DNA of 64,000 nucleotides from the human T2T-CHM13v2.0 reference genome, Homo sapiens. This document shows positions 25,915-38,642 of this stretch, one piece after another. Position 1 is the first letter of the stretch. The number at the start of each line of letters is the position of its first letter. The notes beneath the pieces are model-generated. The model searched no databases, was not told where the DNA came from, and saw nothing but the letters and a program-made list of their open reading frames with translations. A program made the translations under genes and the position numbers. The DNA lies in assembly GCF_009914755.1 (NCBI RefSeq), contig NC_060932.1, one strand, 5' to 3'.

Positions 25915-27619
25915 TAACATTTATATAGTTTCAGTTTTTTCTTTAGTTTTAAACCTTAGAACCTAACCTGTTCTAGTGAACAATTCTTTTTCCAATACTT
26001 ATACACCATGAAGTATTTAAAACACTTAAAACTTTCACTTCTTATCTCTGAAGGGGCATTGTTGGAGCCTAAAGAGAGTTATCAACATCAAAAGTTATTT
26101 GTAAAATAAATGAGTGTAGAGAAATGTTTGACATTTGAAAAATACAGGGCAAAACCTTAAGTTTATCATTTCTGAGCTGGCTGACTGTTTTTGTCATATT
26201 TAACTTTGCTGAGCCTCAGGATTGTAAGAACATTAAATAAAGAACAATACACGGATAACAAGTCATAATTCAAACCAGAATCAAGACTGTAATGGAGGGA
26301 CAAGTTCTGAGAATGGTTTGATATTTCAATGTAGAGACAATAAAGGCCTAAGTTGAGGTGGTAGTAGCAGCAGTGATTACAATGAGGACAGAATAAACAT
26401 AAAAAAAGTAAGCAGGATATCTTTCTGGCAATCTCAAAATTGAGCTGTTTAAGTAAAAATCCAAGAGTTATATTTGGTATTTTTTTTGCATATTTTCCCT
26501 ATTCATCTGTACTCCCTTACATTGCATTCTACTTGTCAACAGTAAGCCTGTGTTTACATTCAGGTACTCTGTTTTCTTTGAACGAAAGCCAAAGGTACTC
26601 TAATCATCACATTTATGCAGTGTAGTAAGGTGCCTAATTGTTTCCTAAACAAAAAGTATCTAAACTATCATACTAGTAGAAAAAGAGAAAAATAAACGTT
26701 AAGCCTGGATTGAATGATTTGTTTTATGGATGTGTCTGCCTTTTATAGATAATAGCAATTCTTCACATTTGCTTTACATTTGGCCTTGCAGTTTTTGAAG
26801 CAAATTATTCACTTTTATCCTTTCAACAGTCCTAGAAAGTAGAAAGAGAAGCGATGATCCCCCATATTGCTGAGTGGTAATTACACAATTCTGCTATGCA
26901 TAAGATGTTTTGTCATATAAACAGACATGTTTTCTATATTATCAAGGTCATAGACCCTGACCTAGGCATTGAATAGTTTTGTGGTACTTGGGATTGAAGA
27001 TTCTTTAGAGTTGCTCTTCTCCTTTGCTTATGACACCCTCCCTCTATATATTAAGATAAATTAGCCATGTTTCTCATTCCCTGCCAAACACTGAAACAGA
27101 AGCTCCTGTATCCATCTGCCCTGAACTGCACCACTGCCCTAATATTAGCTATGTCCTTGACTTTGACTTCCCCATCCACCCCTCAACCACTTCTGGGAGC
27201 CTCTGCAGCTGCTGGAGTATGTCTTCATTCCTATCTTCAACTCTCCTTCAACTTATCACAGGTCCTGCTAATTTTGCCTTCCGAATATATCTCATAATTT
27301 CCTGTTGGTCTACATCATCACTAGCACCAGTTTAGCACAAGCTACCAGCTACCACGGCACCCTTTAACGGACTTCTTATCTCCATTCTCCTTTCGCACCT
27401 GCAGCAATCTGTTTTCCAAGTTACAAAGGAAAAAAGAACAATTTTATTATAGCCTATGTAGCGTATCAATGTCACGTCATAGTTTGTGTTTCTAGATCTC
27501 TCCCCCAGCCCTCCTGCCCTTAGTTTGTTCTTAGCCCACCAAAGCTTTTCTTTGTTCTCTTCAGCGAGTTGCTCATTTTATAAAATGGCTTTGAATGTTT
27601 TGTTCTTCTGTCCTGGAAT

Positions 27620-27935
27620 TTTATATATTGAGAGAGAGATATACATATTTTATATATAGAGAGAGATTTTAGATATACAGGAATTTTATATACATAGAGA
27701 GAGATGATATATATAGAGAAATTATATATATCTATCATATATAATATATATTATATATTTTATATATATATAAAATTTTATATAGAATTTTACATAGAAT
27801 TTTATATAGAGAGAATTATATATATAGAATTATATATAGAGATATGATATATATAGGGATATATATTATAATATCTATCATATATACATATATAATATAT
27901 ATGATACATAAAATAATATATACATTATATCTCTA
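27620..27935. repeat. TA/TAGA low-complexity tract
   Basis: Runs of tatata, gagagata and tagaattttata. Confidence 0.9.
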
Positions 27936-28181
27936 TCGGATTTTATCATTTATATGGTCAGGTAACTATACATAATAGTTCTTAAGTTACTGTAGAAATA
28001 ATGCTCAGGGAATTTTAGAAATAATTCTACTTTGTTGAAGGAATCCAACAATGTAGTTAGAAATTAAAGTGAAGAAAGAAATTACAATATACAATTAGTT
28101 TATCATTATAAACATGTGCTACCTATTTATTTATCTTGGATAATGGGACAGAGTTTCAACATAAGGCATTTGAATTAGAGA
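27933..28181 (+). repeat. Local duplication, copy 1 (of 29223-29471)
   Basis: ttatcatttatatgg.caggtaacta...aaacatgtgctacctatttatttatc present in both copies; about 85% identity by manual count. Confidence 0.92.
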
Positions 28182-28916
28182 CAGATTCTCTCTCTCTCTC
28201 TCGTTCTCTCTCCAACCTTGTTTCAACACACTACAATTTATATAGTTATTCTCTAATCATTTTTATATGTTCAAGCCAGAAGAAATTTTCCAGTGAAGGA
28301 TTTCCTTATAATCTGCACTACATCAAGAATACTCACTTTGATGCTTTCATAGTGCCTAAGTAATTTTTCTTTATAGCATTTATCACTGCTGCATTTTTAT
28401 ATTTCTTTATGTAATCATTAATTAATCTCTCTGACTAATTGTGAATTTCATGAGTTCTACTTTGACTCACCGTTAGATGCAGAAAACCCATTAGAGTTCT
28501 TGGCAGGCAACAGATGCTCATCAAATACTTGTGAGCAAAAAGGAGAATGGAAAACAGAAGGTAATGTAAAAATGACAAAAGAAGAACAAAAAGGAGGCAA
28601 GGATGGAGGAGAAACGAAGCTGAAGAATGTCTTTAAAATGAAGTATTAACACATCTGAATGCTGTAAAGTGTGACATTTAATGAACTATATATTGATTCC
28701 GTAGGTATAAAACACTAGAAAAAAAATGAAATAGACATAAAGCCTGCCTTCCATGGTTTGATGTCAGAGACAGTGATAAACAAACAAATATAAAACCAAA
28801 TGGGAACTATTTTAGTAACAGCACACATGGACACACACCCACATATGAATTAAAGGAACTCTCTTATCAAGCTGGAAGGAGCAAAACAGTCTAAAAAGAA
28901 TTTTTCTTTTTTTTTT

Positions 28917-29471
<555 letters not shown>

Positions 29472-31276
29472 AAATGTCTTCAAGGACCCTGTTGTTAAAC
29501 ACATGTGCTAATTTCAAAATAAATATCTACAGGAAAGTTGTCTCTCGTCTTACCTTTGAGCAAGTTACCCTTAACCTGTATGTAGCAAGGGTGTGGTTTT
29601 TGCTATCAATGTTTCCTCAGTCACTGCCCAGTAACTGAAATTCTGTCATTGTAAAAAGTTTACAAACAGTAATATTTGACAAACAAATAGATTGTACTTA
29701 ACTACATAAACCAAACCAGCCAACCTTACCAGCTATGCTAAGAGTTGTGTGCTGCCGACTCTCAACCTCACCCACAGAACAACAGGGACCTGCCCAAGAT
29801 GGTTCATTGTTTGCCCAGATCACAGTGAGGTTCGTGACTCTATTCCTCCCTCAGGTAGCCTCACATCTGGTCATCTGCGCAAGTTTCTTTTTCTGTCAAT
29901 GTACTTTCCCTTCTTGATATGGCCAAGATCAACCACAACGCAAGTTCTATTGAATCTGGCTCTGGGAGCTGTCTTTGCAGGGCTTTCCCTGGACACATGG
30001 CACTGTTGCTTTCCTGAGTCCAGCTGCTGACGTGAACACCCGAGAAGGTAGCTTGACCTTACTCTGCAGATGCATGAAGGGCGAAGTTGACACCTTCTGC
30101 CCATTTTTGATAAACAATGAAATATTAAACATTTTTTAACTTTGTTGAAATTTAAAATGGATGTGCCTAACAACGAATTAAAATAATAATTAAAGTAGTA
30201 ATTCCGCCCTGTTTATTTTTAGACTAGTCATCCTCACTCCCTCTATATACCTATCACTATTCTAGAATTTCATGAGTCTAGACTTCGCTTCTGGCATTGG
30301 CCCCAAAATGCCAAATTTGAGGAGCACAGATAATTTTTTTCACACTATGAAAACTGCAATAAGTTCTCTTAATCATCGTCCTTCTTTAATGATAATGTAT
30401 CTACAAAAGATAATATCTTACTAGGAAGTTAGGAGGATCAAACAACATAACTATCTACAAGAACCCAGACACTCAGTGGATTTTTGCTGGATTTGAAATT
30501 TATTAGTTTCTATAACTACTTATTTCTTTAAATGAAGCTTTATGCTAAGTAATATGTGTATAAATATTATAAAATGCATAATTATTTTAAATGTTTATTT
30601 AAATATGTAATAGATTAAATATGTAAAATATATACAATGCATAATAAATGCAATAGAAATGCTCATTTAATTTTAAAAATAGATTGCTGTTTCCCAAATT
30701 AATTGCAAGTTTTTATTAACAGGGCAGATTTAGAACCATATTTCTAGAATATTAGCGATAACAGCTTGTAATTTGTTTTAGTACTCTTCAAGTACTTTAA
30801 TCTTAGCAATGTATGCAAATGATGTGAATAAAACAATATGACATTAACATGATTTAAATATATTTCACAAATCATAGATACCTTGCACAGTATTTGGTAA
30901 AAGGACAACTATGAATATACACAGCAGTGTATGTAGAATCAGACCTGTTCTTAGGAATTTCTTCAGATCTAATTGTGTTCTGCAAAAATGCATGCTGTGC
31001 TTCTGGACATTCCGCTGATTTTCAAAAATACATGTTATGTTATCACTAATATTTTACAAGGAAAATTCGACCGAAAAAGTAATATGAATCAAAAATCTGA
31101 AAGCACCGGGTCACTTAATTCAACCTCGTATCTTTCCCTACTAATGTTACTGTTCAATACAAGTGCACTTTCTGGTGAATTTCCTTCACCCTTTGAAACT
31201 ACATTGAGTGACGTACCATGTTCTCATCATCGTACCTTCACACTTGATGACACTGGGCAGATGCATTAAATTATAG

Positions 31277-31654
<378 letters not shown>

Positions 31655-31683
31655 TAAGATAGTTTTCAATGTGATATGATAAG

Positions 31684-31724
31684 CACACACACACACACAC
31701 AAACCCCTAATCTATCTATATTGA

Positions 31725-31778
<54 letters not shown>
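31684..31778. repeat. (CA)9, spacer, then compound (TG)12(AG)15 microsatellite
   Basis: Read directly from the sequence. Confidence 0.95.
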
Positions 31779-31784
<6 letters not shown>

Positions 31785-32794
31785 AAAGTCATGCAACCTC
31801 TGGAAACCTCCTTGTTTTTTAAATTCAGAAAAATTAACTTGCATTATGGCTACGTAATGAAAAATAATTAATGTCTCTCCTGATTAATGAAGATGAAAGC
31901 AAACAATTTTTGACATAGGCATGAATGGCCAACAATACTTCTTGAGAAGGTAATCTATTTTTGGCAATTGCATTTTCTGTAGGAAATGAGAGAGGTCATT
32001 TGAAAATAAGACCCTAGATATCGATATGAATAAATCCAGTCTGCTTGGCTTTTAACTTCTACTTTGTATCGTTACATTTGAAAAGAGGTAGTACAATATC
32101 TGATATAAGTGGTGTTGAAACCACCAATATGGTTTGCTAATTTCAGTGGGCATTCTTGCTGTCTCTTCAGTATCTATTTCCCTCTTTCCATCATCTTTAC
32201 AAAACCCCAGCTTTTCCAGTCACTGGACTTTGGTGAAATGAAACCACAAACGGTGAGCACAAATGATGTCTCAATACGTTGTTAGGTAAGCCAAGATCTT
32301 TCCTTTGTTGTTTACGCCAATGTTAGTTGTGCTTTCTGGTGCTTGCTATTGAAAATACGACGAGTGGAACTCGAGCCTGGTAAATATTACTCTGTGGCTT
32401 CACTATGTGCTTGGTTGCTGGCACGTCAATCCTGCTCTCATACATCCCCCCTTTTCCTCATACAAAATAACCCGACTTTAAGGCAGAATTAACAAAAAAG
32501 AAGCCTAGACCTATTGTGAAAAATTAGCATCCTCTGAAAAGATAAAGAGGTATTTACCCCATGTTATCTAAATAATTTTAAGAAAGTCATAAAACCTCTG
32601 ATAACCTCCATTTTCTCCTCCGTAAGGTGAGGAAGGTAACTCTGCAGAAAAAAATGCTCAGAACAAATGTTCAGAGTAAGCCCTACCTCGTGCTTGGTCA
32701 CTAGGAAGTGTTGATTTATTTTCTTTGCTTTCTTGTGTTTCTGTGGAAAGCGTTATTAATACGCTTGAAAGGTTTATGTCATTTTATTGGATAA

Positions 32795-33106
<312 letters not shown>

Positions 33107-33728
33107 TGAAAAATGCTTTTTTTGATTAGTCAGAATGCTGTATTTAAATTACTTGTTGTGTATCTGTGTCCTCAGGTATGCATTTAGTAATTTTCAAATT
33201 TGGATGATTTGCTATGAATTTTTTTTCATAGGAATAATATTTCTATATGAAAAATAGAATAATATGAAAGATACAGGAAAAAGAATGTTTTTCATTAGCA
33301 TCAGAAAAAAATCCAATTAGAACAGTTGTTTTAAAAACAGATAAGATAATACATAAATGTATGATGCAGTCTGAACACTCTAAGGACATAGGCTTCTTAA
33401 AGGTATTTATTTGTAATTTTGGATTTTAGGATATTACAGATCACAATAGTGTACAGCTTCTTACCTTGGAAAAATGATACTCTAATTCTATATTATTTGT
33501 CCAATATTACGTTGCTGTCTTAGCTTGAAAAAATAGTTTAAATCCTTCAGTAAGTATATACGAAGCAACATTATATATAAGAATATGATTTCACATTAAA
33601 CTAAATACACTGAAATGTTTTTATCCAAAGACTACTAAATAGTGACTACATATTTTCTTAATATTTTAATAACTTTGGAACATTTTTAGAGAAATGTTTC
33701 TCTCATTTCTTTAGGAGCAATAAGTATC

Positions 33729-33732
<4 letters not shown>

Positions 33733-33774
<42 letters not shown>
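33733..33774. repeat. Perfect (TA)21 microsatellite
   Basis: Read directly from the sequence. Confidence 0.97.
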
Positions 33775-33777
<3 letters not shown>

Positions 33778-34559
33778 ACACATAAACACATCCAAATTAT
33801 CTCACTTCTTGTGAAATATAAGTATTAGAATAGTCCAATGTCATTGTGGCATAGAATTTAGAAATTAAGAGAAGTTTCAATTTGTACTATTATTTACATG
33901 TAACTTATGAATTAGTATGGTCAGTTCTGATCTGTTAATGTTTTTACAAATTTTACTTATTCTAAGGGTAATATGTTCATGAAACAACTTAGTATTACCA
34001 TGAAGAGTCTAATGATCTCAATTTCCTTTTCAGAAAGATATGTTAAAAGTAATTAAGATAAAAAGAAAAGCAAAATCCAAAGTACATTTAATAGTAAATG
34101 CATTTCCAACTAGGTACACAGGCCCATTTGGAGTGGTTCTCCAAGCCGAAACCCTCTTGCTCTCCTTTTCTGAGACCTGTCCTTACATTTACACACTCAT
34201 TATATCCTGAAGGACACACTTGATTAAGGGAAGTCTATCAGACTCCACTCCTGCACAAGTAGAGTGGACAACAGGGGAGGCTATCCCATCTCTATAAGGG
34301 ATTGTGCCAGGACAGTAAATCAGCACCTAGAGGCACGTTCTATTGTGAATCACTGTTGGTAGTGGAGCCAGAAAACCTTTCATCAGACAGTTGAGGAAAT
34401 GACGAGGAACCTCGCAGAGAAGGCGGCCCTGGAGTGTGGGGACTCCCAGCCAGTCCAGTGGCTCTGTTTCCTTGGGGTCCCACCAGGGGTCCTGATTTAC
34501 TGGTAGTAAATTTCCCATTTTTGCACAATTAGCTCAGACATACATCTATGAAACTTTTC

Positions 34560-35065
34560 TAGGCACTAAGGCTACAAGAAAAAATGGCAGTAAAAATAAG
34601 AACAAGTAGATAATTACTCCTTGGAATATGAATCTGTTCATTTGGATCACTAATTGTCAAGAACTTTATAGGAAAGGACTAATTAGATATGTGAGCAGCA
34701 TGTCATATACAAGAAGAGTTTTTAATCAAAAGATATTTATCACAGTGAAATCTGAGAAAATATTCAGTATCACTGACTGAGTATTGCTCAAGTGAATGGT
34801 TGTACGTCAGTATGATGGCATTTTACAATTTTTGTAAGTTTAGAAGAACATTTAAAAATCCAGGGAATTTTGTACAAGTGAAAAAGCATATTACATAAAA
34901 TGATAATGATTTCATATACACACGTCAATAGACAAGGAATGCAAAAACCTTAAATACCATAAGGTTATTTATGAATAAGGACACGAGAAGTTCAGTGGAT
35001 TTTCTTCTTTATACTTCGGACAACTTTCTACAATAAGTGTGCATTGATTTTTAATCGTGCAAAAA
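34560..35065 (+). mobile_element. Ancient L1ME-type 3' fragment
   Basis: 3' end ttttcttctttatactt...tttctacaataagtgtgcattgatttttaatc resembles the L1ME4 terminus. Confidence 0.5.
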
Positions 35066-35225
35066 ATAGGAGCGCAGACTTGGTAAAAATCGGTTTTCTG
35101 TTTGTCCAACAACATATAACCTACCTTCTTGATTCTCAAAATGAACTCTATGAAGAAACTTACTCATCAAATTTCAATACTTTCCAAACCTTAAAGCTCG
35201 CATCTTGCTTTTTGAAATGGATAAT

Positions 35226-35274
35226 TTTTTGGTTTGTTTTGAGACGGGGTCTTGCTGGATCACCCCGGCTGGAG
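35226..35274 (-). mobile_element. Alu 3'-terminal fragment (~50 bp)
   Basis: ttttgagacggggtcttgct...caccccggctggag. Confidence 0.65.
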
Positions 35275-35314
35275 AGAGATTTACTTTCAAATAAATCTCT
35301 GTTTTCAAAAAAAC

Positions 35315-35470
35315 ATAGAGATTTTCAAATCTAGGCTTTGCCACTTTCATACTGGGTGCTTTGGCCCTGTTAGCCTGTCTGAACCCTCTTTTGAAAATTA
35401 GGAATGATATTAATTGAATGTAAGGATTATAAGGCAATTAAGTGAAATAATACATGTGAAACATCATACA
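35315..35470 (+). mobile_element. MIR relic
   Basis: ttcaaatctaggctttgccactt...attaagtgaaataatacatgtgaaac. Confidence 0.6.
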
Positions 35471-36071
35471 TACGCTTTCCCTGTCTCAGGGAATGAAGGA
35501 TAGCTGTAAAAATATTTTGAACTATAAATAATTAATCATAAATTTCAACTGATTTGATTTTGCAATTTTAATTATTGAGAACAGTAAGTAAAAAAGAGAT
35601 AGCTTATTCATGTTAAAGAATATAATAGACAAACCTGTGCTACTCTTTCTTCTTCTACTAATCAATCACTTACTCAACAAAACTGTAAAATTCACTAATA
35701 ATCTTGCCTTTTACATTTGCTCCCAATTGCTGAAATGGAAGCCTATTTTCATGATAGTAAGAAAAAAAGTGACACTAACATAGAACAACGGGACTCAGAA
35801 ATCAAATATAGCAGCTTCCAACATGATTCTTCTGACCCTTACCCAGTTATCGAGCAACTCCAACATATTTACTGCCTTCTATTATTATGAAGATTCAACT
35901 CATAAAGGCAATGGAAATAATCATTGTATGTTGTAAACAAACATAATGGACAAGAAAGGGCACAAGGAATCTCAAATGAGAATAATGGCCGTAAACAAAG
36001 TGCTGCACGGGAGAAAATAAACACAAGTACAGGTCTACTTACCACATGCATCATATCAAAAACTTAATCAT

Positions 36072-36389
36072 GGCCAGGCGTGTTGGCTCATGCCTGTAAT
36101 CCCAGCACTTTGGGAGGCTGAGGCAGGCAGATCACCTTAGGTCAGGAGTTCGAGACCAGCCTGGCCAACATGGCAAAACCCCATCTCTACTAAAAATACA
36201 AAATACTAGCTGAGTGTGGTGGCACGTGCCTGTAATCCCAGCTACCCGGGAGGCTGAGGCAGGAGAATCGCTTAGAACTCAGGAGGCGGAGGTTGCAGTG
36301 AGTCGAGATCACACCACTGCACTGCAGCCTGGGTGACAGAATGAGACTCCTTCTTTAAAAGAAAAAAAGAAAGAAAGAAAGAAAGAAAG
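36072..36389 (+). mobile_element. AluSx with (AAAG)n tail
   Basis: Full dimer; degenerate TSD aaaaacttaatca / aaaaacgtaagca. Confidence 0.95.
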
Positions 36390-36558
36390 AAAAACGTAAG
36401 CACACCATCACACCATGTACTTCACAGAGAAACTTCACAGGAAACAAAATCAATTAAATTTGAAAATTGAGTACAAGGAAGTGAAACGGTAAAATAAATT
36501 CTGAACATTCTTTTTAAGAAATTACGTTTCAAATCTGTTGGTGAGAAAAAAATATTTA

Positions 36559-36604
36559 TTAGGTCGGTGCAAAAGTAATTGGAGTTTTTGCCATTACTTT
36601 CAAT
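36559..36604 (+). mobile_element. MADE1 (Hsmar1 mariner MITE), left half with a single TIR
   Basis: ta|ttaggtcggtgcaaaagtaattggagtttttgccattactttcaat matches the Hsmar1/MADE1 TIR, preceded by TA. Confidence 0.85.
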
Positions 36605-37101
36605 TTGCCATGACTCATATTTATAGGTTTGCTAAAAGAGAGGTTGATTTCCCTTTGGGCCATGGCCACCTTGATTCTCAAAATGAACTCTATGAAGAAA
36701 CTTACTGGATCATCTTTAAAAGCACTGACGTTGTTATAAACACAAATAAAAACGGCAAAGACTGCTGATTTTAAAACCTTATTTTCTCAGTTTAATTCCA
36801 CAGTTGTTTTATGAAGGGAGGTAATTGGCAGTTTTATCTTGTCTTGGATGACTCTGGTTGTGTCATTCACTTTTTCGTTACAGAAGCTGTGTCAGAAAAT
36901 TTGAGATGCCAAATTATGTGCTATTCCCTACACTCAAGAAGAGAAGCAGTGCAAGGAACGTACCCTTCTTTCACCTTTGGAGTTAGTAAGGCTTTTCTTT
37001 CGGAGCTGTCTTGGATTTTCCTCTTGCCAAGCACGAGAGTGAAGGAATGCTTTCTTTTCAACGGCCCATTAAAACGAACATATATGCAATCATGCCATTC
37101 C

Positions 37102-37567
37102 TGATTGATTGGATTCAGGACACCCTAACCCTAAATATGGCACTCTGACATTTGAGAAAACTGCAGAGGCAGGAAGGCCACTGTCACCTGCCCTTGCTCT
37201 TCTCCCCCGATGTAGGCCATAAGTAGGCCTTGTGCGAGAGGGGGCCTCCCCATACCTAGAGAAAAGAAATAACCTGTCTCTGAAAACACGGGAGCACAGC
37301 GAAGAACCTGAGCAAACAGCCCCTGCTACATCCCTGCTGATTTATAAGCATTAGATCACAAGTCCTTCGTCCAGTCTCACGTCCCGACGTCTGGCTACCC
37401 CTTCATCAAAGCCATAAGTGAAATATACAAGTTGACCTGTTGCTCTGGGTTTTCATTTCCTTACGAAGGCTCATATTACATAAATTTGTAGGCTTTTAAC
37501 TATTTTGTCATGGGGGCCTCAGCCATGAACCTAAGATCAGAAGAAAAGATCCTTCTCCTTCGCTTCA
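37102..37567 (+). mobile_element. ERV1 solo LTR (MER31-like)
   Basis: ttcaggacacccta.ccctaaatatggcact...catttgagaaaactgcagaggcaggaagg; 3' end gggcctcagccatgaacctaag...ttca. Confidence 0.7.
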
Positions 37568-38580
37568 GAGACCCATTTGAAAGGTTAGAACCATGAAAGC
37601 CTCAAGATGCAATGAGCTGCAGGGAGAGAAGGAAGGAGGCAAACCCTGAGCAGGCGATGGCCCAAGACCAGACAGAGGTGGATTTCCTGGTGCTGGAAGA
37701 ATGGAGACGCACTTGGAAGTGGAGGAGACACGTCTCCAGTCCTGAACGGCACACAGGGAGGTGGCAAGACCACTCATGATGCTGGCACATGGCACCAGCC
37801 AGCGAACTCCATGCACCCATGGCAGATGTCTTCTGAGGCTGAGCTTCAGGCGAGCCGGCCCCTGTGCAGGCTAACTCTGTGGTCGATAAAAGCTGCCATA
37901 GCACACAGACCATGGGCCAGGGAAGAGCACCGCTGCCAGCCAGAGAGGCAGGGGTCTTAGTGTGAGCATCAGAGCCAAGGAAGAGGCTTTCTGATGACTG
38001 CATCTCCAGGCCCCTGGTAGCCACAGGATGCTGGCACTATCAGATGAAGGAGGACAAGGAGCCTTACTGAGGACAGAGGATGGTGTGTGAAGACAGATGC
38101 ATAGATGGAGAAGAGCCAGATCGAACAGGACTAAAGTACATTAAGTAATGTGATATAGCTTACAAATGTCATAAAAATACGTACTAGAGTGGAAAGAAAA
38201 TGAAAAACTTTCAATGTTGATAATTTAGTCAACACTAAGTCCACCTGATCAATTTAGAAGCAAATTGTAGAAGAGATGCCAGAAGACACGATCTCTGGGA
38301 AGGTTTCTTGGTTTATTTGGGAAATAAGAAATTGCAGAAATTTTATAGGAGCATCACAAGAATTTAACAAGAAAGGTAGTTACTCTGTATTTTCCCGGTG
38401 AATTATGAAGTGTTACTCACAGCTAAATCCGTGAAGGCTTAAAATGAGCTGCCGCTGTTTTTGATCTTTCAAGATAGCTAAACAGAAAGAGTCACCTCCC
38501 CTTTCCACACTAGGTTCTTCTTCTATTTCTGGTTCCCTCCTTTTGTCACCCTCCTTCACTAATGATTTCAGGGAATGCAT

Positions 38581-38604
38581 GCACAGACAGATACACACAA
38601 ACAC

Positions 38605-38639
<35 letters not shown>

Positions 38640-38642
38640 CAC
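38581..38642. repeat. Compound (CA)n/(CATA)n microsatellite
   Basis: Read directly from the sequence. Confidence 0.92.

Larger units (their letters stand above)
27150..28540 (+). mobile_element. L2 relic split by a ~570-bp insertion (27620-28186)
   Basis: 5' part ends ...gttcttctgtcctggaat; 3' part has ctttatagcatttatcac...gatgctcatcaaatacttgtg (L2 3' end). Confidence 0.6.

Noticed and set aside
33459-33535. Minus-strand AAG/GTAAGA donor with a 59-nt pseudo-exon
   Set aside because: Weak acceptor and all frames closed; such sites are common by chance.
34479-34495. CTCF-like ccaccaggggtcc
   Set aside because: Lacks the GGCR 3' part of the core; a single partial motif is uninformative.
37121-37133. 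Telomere-like ccctaaccctaa
   Set aside because: Only two units, inside an LTR.
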